Below are positions 29,752 through 38,960 of a stretch of 64,000 bases of DNA, piece after piece. Both the position numbers and the translations under genes were made by a program. Under the pieces are notes generated by a model, which saw nothing but the letters and a program-made list of their open reading frames with translations, was not told where the DNA came from and ran no database searches. How positions within the stretch are numbered: position 1 is the stretch's first letter; each line of letters starts with the position of its first letter. Source of the DNA: Terriglobia bacterium (GTDB lineage Bacteria; Acidobacteriota; Terriglobia; JAJPHL01; JAPKYU01); assembly GCA_965223005.1 (NCBI GenBank), contig CBDCVK010000005.1, forward strand, positions 128,001-192,000. The letters run 5' to 3'.

Positions 29752-30570
29752 ATGCCGTTTTTTCTGTCCCTTGTGAATGGCCTCTTTGATCTTCTGTTTT
29801 GGCCCTTCCGGACGCTGGACCCGCGCTACGGTTTGGCAGCCTTTTCCTTGTTGACTGGCGCCTTTCTGGTGTTGGTATTCCGGCACGCCTCCAACCAGCA
29901 GGCCATACGGCAGGTGAAAGACCGGCTGCAAGCGCAAGTGCTGGCGGTCCGGCTGTATCAGGACCAGTTGGGAGCGGTGCTGCGGTCTTACGGACGCATC
30001 CTGCGTTGCACGCTCACCTACCTGCGGTATTGCCTGAAGCCCCTGGCAGTGATGCTGGTGCCGATGGTGTTACTGCTGGCGCAGGTTGAGCTGCGCCTGG
30101 GCCGGGCTGCCCTCCAGCCACGCGACACGTTTCTACTCCAAGCCCGTCTGGACGGGGGCGTTTCGGCGGACCAGGTGGCGCTTCGCCTGCCCGATGGATT
30201 GGCGCTCTCCGCCCCGCCGGTGCGAATTCCGGAGCAGAAGGAAATCAGCTGGCGGATTCGAGCCGAAACTTACGGGAACTTTCCGATCGAGGTGATGGCT
30301 GCAGGCCAGAGCTTCACAAAACAGGTGACGGTCGCGCCTGATCTGGCCCGGCTCTCCTCCGCACGTCTCCAGAGCAACTTGCTCCAGGCGCTGCTACATC
30401 CCGGGGAACTCCCCTTGCCTGCCGATGGCCCGTTGGAAGCAATTCAGGTGAGGTACCCGCCGCGCAGCATCGAGCTGGGACCGTACCGGGGACACTGGCT
30501 GATTCCGTTTTTTGTTCTTGTAATGGTCTGGACGCTAGCGGCGAAGGCCGTGACCAGAACTCAGTTCTAA
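29752..30570 (+). CDS. Membrane protein resembling DUF106/EMC3/TMCO1 (Oxa1 superfamily) with a soluble insert
   Basis: Amphipathic N-helix, TM1, coiled-coil (NQQAIRQVKDRLQ), KPLAVMLVP TM2, beta-rich insert, C-terminal W-containing TM. Confidence 0.6.
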   Translation: MPFFLSLVNGLFDLLFWPFRTLDPRYGLAAFSLLTGAFLVLVFRHASNQQAIRQVKDRLQAQVLAVRLYQDQLGAVLRSYGRILRCTLTYLRYCLKPLAVMLVPMVLLLAQVELRLGRAALQPRDTFLLQARLDGGVSADQVALRLPDGLALSAPPVRIPEQKEISWRIRAETYGNFPIEVMAAGQSFTKQVTVAPDLARLSSARLQSNLLQALLHPGELPLPADGPLEAIQVRYPPRSIELGPYRGHWLIPFFVLVMVWTLAAKAVTRTQF

Positions 30571-30580
30571 CGCCCTTCCC

Positions 30581-32704
30581 ATGATTTCGAGGCACCCGAA
30601 GACCTCACGCGCCCGACGCCTGCTGGCAGGCACGCTTGCTGCCCTGTTGCTATGGCCCGGGGTAGCTTGGGGGTACGTTGGCCCCGGGGCTGGCTTCGCG
30701 GTCCTGTCATCGTTTTTGACCCTCTTCTTGGCGTTTCTGTATTCCCTATTCGCTCTGTTGAGCTGGCCGCTGAGACAGCTTCGCCGACTGCTGCGCCGCC
30801 GCAAAGTTCTTCGCAAAGCCCGCGTGCGACGGGTGGTCATCCTGGGCCTAGATGGCATGGACCCCGAGCTAGCCACAAGGTACATGCAGGAGGGCAAGTT
30901 GCCTCATCTGGCAGCGCTACGCGATCGAGGCACCTTTCTCCCTTTGCAGACTACTTGCCCGCCGATTTCTCCGGTAGCCTGGTCCTCGTTTCAAACCGGC
31001 GTCAATCCCGGCAAGCACAACATCTACGACTTCCTGGCCAGAGATTGCGCCACCTATCTTCCCTACCTCTCCTCGGTCGAGATTCGGGGGCCGCGCCGGA
31101 GCCTTGCGCTGGGCAAGTACGCGATTCCGCTGGGCCGCTCTCGTAGCAGGCTGTTGCGCAAGGCCAAGTCCTTCTGGCACTACCTGGCTGAGGCAGACAT
31201 TTTCTGCTCCGTGATTCGCGTACCGATCACTTTTCCCGCCGAAAAATTCTCCGGCGTGTTGCTGGCGAGCATGTGCGTCCCGGACCTGAAGGGTAGCCAG
31301 GGAACCTTTTCTTTCTACACGACGCGCGACGGCCCTGCAGAAGGCCCACAGGGCGGCCTGCGCTTCCGGTTGCAGCCGGAGGGCGGCGGGTTCCGCTCCT
31401 ACATCCCTGGCCCGGAGAATCATTTGTTGAAGACGCAGCATAGCGAACTGCGCATCCCGTTCCGTGTGCGTGCAGATGCTGCCCGGAGCGAGGCGGAAAT
31501 CGAGATCCAGAGACAGCGCATCACCTTGCGCAAGGGGAAGTATTCCGAATGGGTCGAGTTGAAGTTCAAGGCCGGTCTGGGCATCAAGGTGCACGGCATT
31601 TGCCGCTTCTACTTGAAGGAACTCGAGCCACACCTGGAGCTCTACGTCACTCCCATCAACATCCATCCCGGAAAGCCTGCGCTACCGATCTCACACCCGT
31701 TCACCTACTCGATCTATCTATCCAAGCTCCTGGGGCCCTACGCCACGCTGGGGCTGGCTGAAGATACCTGGGCACTGAACGAAGGCGTGCTCGACGAGGA
31801 GGCCTTTCTCCGGCAGTGCTACCTGATTCACGAAGAGCGGGAACGCATGTTCTTCGACGCGCTGGAGAAGACGCCGCGCGGTCTTTGCGTCTGCGTGTTT
31901 GATATTACCGACCGGGTGCAGCATATGTTCTGGCGCTATCTGGACAGCGGCCATCCGGCCGACGGCAATGCCGGCGCGGCGAATCCGTTCAGGGGCGTCA
32001 TCGAGGAACTCTATCGCCGGATGGACGATCTGGTCGGTCGCACACTCCAGCAGATGGATGAGGAGTCCATTTTGTTGGTGATTTCTGACCACGGGTTCAA
32101 GTCCTTCGAGCGCGGCATCAACATCAACACTTGGCTTTGGCGAAACGGCTTTCTCGCGTTGCAGGACGGTGCACGGCCCGGCGCCGAGTGGCTTCGCAAC
32201 GTGGACTGGCAGCAGACCCGCGCCTACGCACTTGGACTCAGCGGCGTTTACATCAACCAAAAGGGGCGTGAGCGTGGCGGCATCGTCGCTGCGGGCCGAG
32301 AAACTGAGGAACTCAAGCGGGAATTATGTGAAAAGCTCGGCGGGCTGGTGGATCCTCAAACCGGCCGAGTGGCCATCCGCGAGGTGTTTGACAGTAGCAA
32401 TGTCTTTACCGGCCCCTATCGGGACAATGCGCCGGACCTGATCATCGGCTACAACGAGGGCTATCGCGCCGCCTGGGACTCTGTGACGGGCACGATCGGC
32501 AGTGAAGTGTTCCAGGACAACTGCAAGGCCTGGAGTGGCGACCACTGCATAGACCCGAGGCTGGTCCCCGGCGTGCTGTTCTCGGACAAAAAGATTCACT
32601 GCGAACGGCCCTCGCTGCTGGACATTGCGCCCACCGCGCTGGACCTGTTCGGCGTGCCGCTGCCGCCGCACTTCGAAGGCAAACCCTGGAGCATCGGTGA
32701 GTGA
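30581..32704 (+). CDS. Alkaline-phosphatase superfamily protein with signal peptide plus YVGPGAG-TM anchor
   Basis: Paralog of 27445: GLDGMDPEL, PPISPVAWS, DRVQHM, SDHGF, WSGDHC. Confidence 0.88.
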   Translation: MISRHPKTSRARRLLAGTLAALLLWPGVAWGYVGPGAGFAVLSSFLTLFLAFLYSLFALLSWPLRQLRRLLRRRKVLRKARVRRVVILGLDGMDPELATRYMQEGKLPHLAALRDRGTFLPLQTTCPPISPVAWSSFQTGVNPGKHNIYDFLARDCATYLPYLSSVEIRGPRRSLALGKYAIPLGRSRSRLLRKAKSFWHYLAEADIFCSVIRVPITFPAEKFSGVLLASMCVPDLKGSQGTFSFYTTRDGPAEGPQGGLRFRLQPEGGGFRSYIPGPENHLLKTQHSELRIPFRVRADAARSEAEIEIQRQRITLRKGKYSEWVELKFKAGLGIKVHGICRFYLKELEPHLELYVTPINIHPGKPALPISHPFTYSIYLSKLLGPYATLGLAEDTWALNEGVLDEEAFLRQCYLIHEERERMFFDALEKTPRGLCVCVFDITDRVQHMFWRYLDSGHPADGNAGAANPFRGVIEELYRRMDDLVGRTLQQMDEESILLVISDHGFKSFERGININTWLWRNGFLALQDGARPGAEWLRNVDWQQTRAYALGLSGVYINQKGRERGGIVAAGRETEELKRELCEKLGGLVDPQTGRVAIREVFDSSNVFTGPYRDNAPDLIIGYNEGYRAAWDSVTGTIGSEVFQDNCKAWSGDHCIDPRLVPGVLFSDKKIHCERPSLLDIAPTALDLFGVPLPPHFEGKPWSIGE

Positions 32705-32726
32705 GCCGGCAAGTCACGGAAAGGAA

Positions 32727-32804
32727 TGGTCGGGGCGAGAGGATTCGAACCTCCGGCCTCGTGCGCCCAAGGCACGCGCTCTAACCAGGCTGAGCTACGC
32801 CCCG
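32727..32804 (-). tRNA. tRNA-Pro(TGG)
   Basis: Reverse complement CGGGGCGTAGCTCAGCCTGGTTAGAGCG-CGTGC-CTTGGGC-GCACG-AGGCCGGAGGTTCGAATCCTCTCGCCCCGACCA; cloverleaf with encoded CCA. Confidence 0.97.
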
Positions 32805-32986
32805 CCCTCACTCAGGTGGCACATGATGCGCCGCCTGCCGCTGTCATAATTGTAGCCCAGGTTGTGGACGAAACAGGGGAGCCTCGTAGGAAGATGCAGG
32901 TCACTCGGAAGTTCACTCGCCGACCTTCACTCGACTACCGAGCGGCATGATAAGATGGGAGGAGAATTCCCGGACCATCTAGGCAT

Positions 32987-33775
32987 ATGGGCGACACTCC
33001 GCAGAGCACCAGCATCACCCGGATCGCCGTGGAAGAGTTTGCGGGGCAGTGCCGCCGCCACTTGGTTCCCCTGACCTCGCATCTGAGTTGTTTCCAGGCC
33101 GTCTCTTTGGACGCCGAGCAGCAGCGCCAGTTCTTGCAAGAACCAACGGAAGCCATCCCGACCGCGCTGCTGGAGCGGCTGGTGCCCTTGCGGCTGCTGC
33201 TGGTGCCGCATCTGGAGAAAGGAACGGTCGGCAGCCCCGGCCTGGTCGCCTTCGAGAAGCCCCCCAACCAGCGCTTGCTGCGCCGCACGATCTTCGACGT
33301 GCGCGAGGAAATGTTCCTGCTGTTTGCCGTTGAACAGCAAGACGTGGCGGACTACCACCACGAGCTGTTCAGCATGGTGTCTGGCTTGGCCTGCGGCGCG
33401 CTCCGTGAGGAAGAGTTTTTCCGTTTCTCTACCCAAGTTCTGGATGAGCTGAACCGCGGCACTCGAGGTGAGGTAGACGAAGCCAGCTTGCACTTGAAGC
33501 TGCAGTTACAGCGGCGCCAGCACCTTCCCGGCCGCAACACCAAGCTCATGCGCCGCTACGTACGCCAAGCGCTCGAAGACACGCTCACCCTGTTTCTGCA
33601 CGGACTCTGTTGCGACATCAATGTGGATCCCGGGCCGCAGCAACTGGCCTCGCGCTACCTGCGCCGACGCCTGGAGCTGCTGGCAGAGACCTTCCCGCCG
33701 AATCCCGGCTACCTGCTGTTTCCAGCCCCGAGCCAGAGCCCCACCGATACGGAAGACTCTGCCAGTAACCCCTAA
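32987..33775 (+). CDS. Conserved hypothetical protein
   Basis: 262-aa ORF; DTLTLFLHGLCCDI..PGP..LAS motif looks conserved; function not recognised. Confidence 0.7.
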   Translation: MGDTPQSTSITRIAVEEFAGQCRRHLVPLTSHLSCFQAVSLDAEQQRQFLQEPTEAIPTALLERLVPLRLLLVPHLEKGTVGSPGLVAFEKPPNQRLLRRTIFDVREEMFLLFAVEQQDVADYHHELFSMVSGLACGALREEEFFRFSTQVLDELNRGTRGEVDEASLHLKLQLQRRQHLPGRNTKLMRRYVRQALEDTLTLFLHGLCCDINVDPGPQQLASRYLRRRLELLAETFPPNPGYLLFPAPSQSPTDTEDSASNP

Positions 33776-33816
33776 GCCCGGACACAGAGGTATAATTGGG
33801 TAGAGGTGAACAGGGG

Positions 33817-34917
33817 ATGCCCACCCTGGCTGAAGTCCTGGCCCAGCACGTGCAAGAAGGCGTTTTATGGGAGCCACTGGAGCGCAACCGCATCCGCTGC
33901 TATGCCTGCGGCCACCAGTGTCCCATTCCGGAGGGGCAGCCGGGAGTATGCAAGGTGCGGTTCAACCGGGGCGGCCGACTGTACGTCCCCTGGGGCTACG
34001 TGGGCGGCATCCAGTGCGACCCCATCGAGAAGAAGCCGTTCTTCCACGTGCGGCCAGGCGCGCTGGCGTTCAGCTTCGGCATGCTGGGCTGCGACCTGCA
34101 CTGCTCTTACTGCCAGAACTGGGTGACTTCCCAGGCCATCCGCGACCCCGGTGCGGTAGCGCCGCCTGAGTTGACCAGCCCGCCCCAATTGGTGAAGCTT
34201 GCCCGCGAGATGGGAGGCGACGCGGTGGTCAGCACTTACAACGAGCCGCTGATCACCGCCGAGTGGGCTGTGGCCGTCTTCCAGGAGGCGCGCGCAGCCG
34301 GCCTGCTCACCGGCTTTGTCTCCAACGGCAACGCTACCCCGCAGGTATTGGAATACATCCGCCCCAGCGTGGATCTTTACAAGGTGGATCTGAAGAGCTT
34401 CGATGACCGCCACTATCGCCAACTGGGCGGGCGGCTGCAGCCCATCTTGGAGAGTATTCGGCTCATCCACCAGATGGGCTTCTGGCTGGAGATCGTCACC
34501 CTGGTCATTCCCGGCTTCAATGACTCCGATGAGGAGCTTACCAGGATGGCCGAGTTTCTAGCTGACATCTCGCCCGACATTCCCTGGCACGTCACTGCTT
34601 TCCACAAGGATTACAAGATGCTGGACCCGGACGACACGCCGCCACAGACGCTGGTTCGGGCCGCCCAGATCGGCAAGCGTGCCGGGCTGCGCTACGTCTA
34701 CGCCGGCAATCTGCCCGGGAGGGTGGGCAACCTGGAGAACACCTATTGCCCGGCATGCGGCGACTTGCTGGTGGAGCGTTACGGCTACCGCATCCGCGAC
34801 TACAGGCTGACCCGGGAGGGCCGCTGCCCCACTTGCTCTGCCGCTGTCCCGGGCCGCTGGGCCGAGTCCTTCCACCGACAGATCGCTGACCGCCCCTTCC
34901 TTCCGATTCTTCAGTAG
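33817..34917 (+). CDS. amrS: AmmeMemoRadiSam system radical SAM enzyme
   Basis: N-terminal CYACGHQC..GVCKVR, DPIEKKP, GCDLHCSYCQN (CxxxCxxC), TYNEP, YVYAGN; TATAAT at 33791. Confidence 0.9.
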   Translation: MPTLAEVLAQHVQEGVLWEPLERNRIRCYACGHQCPIPEGQPGVCKVRFNRGGRLYVPWGYVGGIQCDPIEKKPFFHVRPGALAFSFGMLGCDLHCSYCQNWVTSQAIRDPGAVAPPELTSPPQLVKLAREMGGDAVVSTYNEPLITAEWAVAVFQEARAAGLLTGFVSNGNATPQVLEYIRPSVDLYKVDLKSFDDRHYRQLGGRLQPILESIRLIHQMGFWLEIVTLVIPGFNDSDEELTRMAEFLADISPDIPWHVTAFHKDYKMLDPDDTPPQTLVRAAQIGKRAGLRYVYAGNLPGRVGNLENTYCPACGDLLVERYGYRIRDYRLTREGRCPTCSAAVPGRWAESFHRQIADRPFLPILQ

Positions 34918-35076
34918 CCGGTTCTTCAGTTGCTGGCCTTGTGCTAGGGAACCTCAAGAAGAGTGGTCAATGGGGGGGCAATCGGAAATCAAGTTGGCTT
35001 GCTTTTTCCGTCTGCTGAGAAGAACTCTCCGCACCCTTGGCCATCAAGCTGCTTCCCTGCAGCTTTCTATCTGAAG

Positions 35077-36357
35077 CTATTGGTGAAGCTCGGCGCTGAG
35101 AGCCTGGGGGCCGCGCGCCTGGTAGAACCGCAACAGGCGAATCATCTCCGAGGAAGGAGGCAGCACGCTTCCCAGTCCGGCATCTTCCAAGGCAGACCGC
35201 TCGGGAACCCAGATCCTTCCATCGCTAAGTTGCACCGCGCGCAAATACACACGGCCTGAAAGGAGAGGCTCAGAGGCGTCCGAGCCAGTCTCCAGCACTG
35301 CCGAATCACTCCACCCGAAGGACTCACCCGGCGGCAAGACGAGGACGCGACTTGCCGACGCTCTGCCGGAGCCAGAAATGGTGGCAGCACGAGACTCCCG
35401 TCCCGAAGCGCCTTCGAACAGCCAGGCAACTTGGAAGTCGACAATCCCGGTTCCAGCGCGGTTGCGCACCTCCAGTGCGGGGTCAACCAAGCCGGATTTC
35501 GGGCCAGATTCATAGACGCTCGCTCGCGCCCACACAATCTCCAGCGGTGCGTCGGGAAAGCGCACGACGCGGAAATTGGCCTTCTGGGCCAGCTTGCGGG
35601 CGCGCACAGCTGCAGCTCCGGCCAACACCCGGGGAGTCCCCTGTGCCGAACTGGGTCCAGGCCCGGCCGCTTGGCTGGCCCATTTCTCGAGCATCCGAAT
35701 CAGGTGGGAAAATCCCGCCCTCTGAAACACGCCCTGCAGATAGCGGCGGTCGCGGGCAGACTCGGCCTGGTTAATCCGCATGGTACCGAGCACCCGCATC
35801 CGGTCGGGACCGTAGGCGGACCCATCGGCAAACAGCACGGAATCCAGCTGCATGCGCACCGAGGTGGGGAGGTCCACAGGACGCGCCCGCGAGGTGCGGG
35901 GAGGCAGTTCGATTTCCACGCGCATCCGTGCCGGCACGGCGTAGGTTTCGCCGGGCGCTAAGCGAATCCCGGATACGGCGTTCAGCCCTCCCGTGCCGGG
36001 CGTGCTGAAACCGTAGCTCAGGGCCAGCGCCAGCCCTTCGATAGGTTTAGGCGAGCGGTTGCGCACCGTCAGCCGCAAGTCCAAGTCCATCAGCATGCCC
36101 TGCTCGCCGCGAGTGATGCGGCTGGAGCCGTAGTCGAGGTGAACCAATTCCAGCGGCCCAGACGTTGGGAGAACTACCCGCACGAAGCGGCGAGGGTCAA
36201 TGTCGGCCGGCCTGAGCGACGGGTGCGTGAACGGCGAGCGCGTGGTCTGGCCTGGTTGCGCCAGCAGCGCGGCCGGGGCTGCCAGCAGCAGCACTAGCAG
36301 GGAGCCCGCGAAGCGGGCCCATCGAAACCGGCAACAGGAGCGGCAACGGGTGCTCAC
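35077..36357 (-). CDS. Secreted hypothetical protein with two related beta-domains
   Basis: Signal peptide; repeated PLE(L/I)V...VRN...V(L/Q)(F/L)xDG units; coupled to the anti-sigma gene. Confidence 0.7.
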   Translation of the reverse strand: MSTRCRSCCRFRWARFAGSLLVLLLAAPAALLAQPGQTTRSPFTHPSLRPADIDPRRFVRVVLPTSGPLELVHLDYGSSRITRGEQGMLMDLDLRLTVRNRSPKPIEGLALALSYGFSTPGTGGLNAVSGIRLAPGETYAVPARMRVEIELPPRTSRARPVDLPTSVRMQLDSVLFADGSAYGPDRMRVLGTMRINQAESARDRRYLQGVFQRAGFSHLIRMLEKWASQAAGPGPSSAQGTPRVLAGAAAVRARKLAQKANFRVVRFPDAPLEIVWARASVYESGPKSGLVDPALEVRNRAGTGIVDFQVAWLFEGASGRESRAATISGSGRASASRVLVLPPGESFGWSDSAVLETGSDASEPLLSGRVYLRAVQLSDGRIWVPERSALEDAGLGSVLPPSSEMIRLLRFYQARGPQALSAELHQ

Positions 36358-36896
36358 CTTGCGCCCTCCAGTGAAACTCGGGTAATGGTTAGCGCGCCGG
36401 TGTCCGGGTCGGCGTAGGAAATGCCGAGGACTCCCGCGCCAGCCGACACTTCCACCGGCCCGCGGCGCATCCCGGTATAGAGCACCACGCGCTGGCGCCC
36501 CTGCGGACCGCTCAACTCGCCCACGATCGCCTCAGCGCTGGCGGAAGCCTGGTAGTCGAAGCGGGGAGGCAGCGGCGTCCGTTGTCCGATGAGCAACACC
36601 GCCAGGCAAATCAGCGCCAGCAAAGCCGCGGCCGGCGCCAACGGTTGTGGTATTCCAAAAACCTGGCGCGGCGCGTGCGTCGGGCCGGCCACAATTCTGG
36701 CCGCCAGCCACTCGGGCGTTTCCGGGATGCCCTGGCCGAGTCGCCGTAGCTCGCGGGAAACTTCTCCGTAGCCCTGGGCCTGCTCGGAACAAGCAGCGCA
36801 CCGCTGAAGGTGACGCTCTACCAGGTAGCGCTTCCAGCCCGGCAGATCGCCGGCATTCACCAGGGCAAGATCAAATTCAGAAGGATGCCAGATCAC
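36354..36896 (-). CDS. Zinc-finger (HxxxCxxC) anti-sigma factor
   Basis: HLQRCAAC motif plus a TM helix; GTG start overlapping the sigma stop, AAGGAG RBS. Confidence 0.8.
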   Translation of the reverse strand: MIWHPSEFDLALVNAGDLPGWKRYLVERHLQRCAACSEQAQGYGEVSRELRRLGQGIPETPEWLAARIVAGPTHAPRQVFGIPQPLAPAAALLALICLAVLLIGQRTPLPPRFDYQASASAEAIVGELSGPQGRQRVVLYTGMRRGPVEVSAGAGVLGISYADPDTGALTITRVSLEGAR

Positions 36897-37540
36897 AAAA
36901 TCTCCTTCGCTGGGTGCGCCACCCGAGCTTGAGTTTTCTCGAGGACACGGCGCAGCTTGATTCGAGCGCTGGCAATGTGGGTGCGCACGGTAATCTGGGA
37001 GCAACCCAGGACGCGGGCTACCTCAGCCCCGCTGAGGTCCTCCAGGTCGCGCAGCACGATCGCGGCCCGTTCTTTGGGACTCAGCACCCGGAGGGCTTCG
37101 TGCAGGCGCTGCTCCCGCTCCTGCCGAACCAGTTGCTGCTCGGGCGAAGGCGCCAGTGACGAGGGCTCCAGTTCTTCGCTCCACGGCTCAGTCCGGCGCT
37201 CGGCGGCGCGCCCCCGCTGGAAGTCAATGGCTGTGTTGGACGCGATGCGCAACAGCCAAGACAGTGCCCGATCCGGGTCACGCAACTGGTGCCGGCGCTG
37301 GAAGGCCTTAAGGAACACGTCCTGAGCCAGATCCTGAGCATCGGCGCGGTTGCCTACCATCCGGTACAGCAAGGCAAAGACGCGGCGCAGGTAGCACCGA
37401 ACCAGTTCGGAAAACCACTCTGGGGAGTCGGTCACAGAGACGGCGGTGGCTTGGCGAGCTTCGGCGACGGCGCCCGAGGGCACCCTCCCCGCCAGCGTCT
37501 CCGCCGCTGTGACCATCTCTCTTTGTTTAGGACGGTCCAT
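36893..37540 (-). CDS. ECF RNA polymerase sigma factor
   Basis: DAQDLAQDVFLKA, SWLLRIASN, LSPKERAAIVLR..EVARVLG..TVR. Confidence 0.92.
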   Translation of the reverse strand: MDRPKQREMVTAAETLAGRVPSGAVAEARQATAVSVTDSPEWFSELVRCYLRRVFALLYRMVGNRADAQDLAQDVFLKAFQRRHQLRDPDRALSWLLRIASNTAIDFQRGRAAERRTEPWSEELEPSSLAPSPEQQLVRQEREQRLHEALRVLSPKERAAIVLRDLEDLSGAEVARVLGCSQITVRTHIASARIKLRRVLEKTQARVAHPAKEIL

Positions 37541-37676
37541 CTTCGGCAACCGTTCAGACTGATTATCTCATTAACCGGCAGCGGGTTTCGCGACCCCGGG
37601 CGGCAGGTAACACCAGAAGAACAGGGACAGAATCTGAAGTGGCAGCGGGGGCGAGCCTTAGGGGCGCGTCTTAGGG

Positions 37677-38299
37677 ACGCATCTGAGGAGCACATCTGTC
37701 GACCTGGGGACCTGGCGTTTGGGGGTCAATTCGGCCGGAACGGCCTGAGACACCTCGGATACTACGGTGCTCGAAGGATGCAGGTGTACCTTCCCGTCCG
37801 GGCCCAGAATGTAGGGGTAGCCGGACGGGTCCATCGGCAGGCCCCGCAGCATTCCGGCCCCACCGGAACGGCAGCAGCGGGTTTCGCTGCGGATGGTGTA
37901 GAGACCTGCAGAAGCAAGGCCCGCAGCTTTCGGCCACCGAACTCGGAAGCCGACGAAAGCGACTGTTGAAGTCCGTCGCCAGCTTCTCCAGTTGTTCGAC
38001 ATCCTCTTCCGCCTTCAAGCCAGTCAGGTGACGCATCTCCAGGGCACCTGGCGTTTGGGGGTCAATTCGGCCGGAACGGCCTGAGAACCTCGGACGGTGC
38101 TCGAAGGATGCAGGTGTACCTTCCCGTCCGGGCCCAGAATGTAGGGGTAGCCGGACGGGTCCATCGGCAGGCCCCGCAGCATTCCGGCCCCAACCATTTC
38201 GGCCACCGAACTCGGAAGCCGACGAAAGCGACTGTTGAAGTCCGTCGCCAGCTTCTCCAGTTGTTCGACATCCTCTTCCGCCTTCAAGCCAGTCAGGTG
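37677..38299. repeat. Imperfect tandem duplication (37677-38030 and 38031-38299) of the 3' end of the PilG/XapA-like gene
   Basis: Two copies of acctggcgtttgggggtcaattcggccggaacgg...gccttcaagccagtcaggtg differing by indels and a ~60-nt insert. Confidence 0.9.
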
Positions 38300-38959
38300 G
38301 TCCAGGGCATTCTTGCGGATGTTGGGGTCCTTCGTGGATTCGTAGATTTCCCGCCAGAGGAAGCGCGAGGTTTCCCGCGAGCCTCCCTCCTGGGCGATCT
38401 TGGCCGCCATCACTCTCATCCAGTCGCGGGCCTTGGGATGCTTGCTTCCCTGGCGGTAGGCTTGGGAGGCTTTCTCGTAGTCCTTCATGTCCCAGTAATA
38501 GATAAAGCCGAGGTCGTGCCACAGGCGCCATTCCTCGGGGTTGGCTACGATGCCCCGGCGGATCAAGGCCACTGCCAGGTCAGGACGCCCGGCACCTCGG
38601 GGAGCCGGCTCTGCCAGGAAGATGGCGCCGAACTTGTAAGCAACCAATAGGTGCGGGTCCAGCGTGGTGGTCAAGTCGAGCAGGGGCCCCAGCAGCTCGA
38701 AGTTAGGATCCCGGTCGCGCCGCTTGCCACCGTAGTACTGCACGGCGCGCGTCCAATAGATGTTCGACAGCAGCGAGTCGTAGCCAAAACTCAACTTCTT
38801 CAGCAGCCCGCGCGAACGCAGAAGCAACACCTCCTTCTGCTGCTGCACGGTCTGTGTCTGCTCCTCAATGCGCACTTGAAGCGGATACACCGCCCCCAGC
38901 AGAACCGGCAGGGCCAGTACGGCGATCCAGATTTGTCCTGTGCGCCCGCGACTACTCAT
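38024..38959 (-). CDS. PilG/XapA-like membrane-anchored TPR protein (true 3' end uncertain)
   Basis: N-terminal TM; YWTRAVQYYG, TTLDP, PEEWRL..LGF motifs; downstream of the ABC genes in the pilin locus. Confidence 0.7.
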   Translation of the reverse strand: MSSRGRTGQIWIAVLALPVLLGAVYPLQVRIEEQTQTVQQQKEVLLLRSRGLLKKLSFGYDSLLSNIYWTRAVQYYGGKRRDRDPNFELLGPLLDLTTTLDPHLLVAYKFGAIFLAEPAPRGAGRPDLAVALIRRGIVANPEEWRLWHDLGFIYYWDMKDYEKASQAYRQGSKHPKARDWMRVMAAKIAQEGGSRETSRFLWREIYESTKDPNIRKNALDHLTGLKAEEDVEQLEKLATDFNSRFRRLPSSVAEMVGAGMLRGLPMDPSGYPYILGPDGKVHLHPSSTVRGSQAVPAELTPKRQVPWRCVT

Positions 38960-38960
38960 T

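Noticed and set aside
25986-32704. Calling the three AlkP proteins arylsulfatases
   Set aside because: No (C/S)xPxR formylglycine motif; they show NPP-like Thr/Ser nucleophile loops
23771-32726. Sulfate/AlkP cluster as an island integrated at tRNA-Pro
   Set aside because: No integrase and no duplicated tRNA 3' end found at the far side; composition similar to flanks
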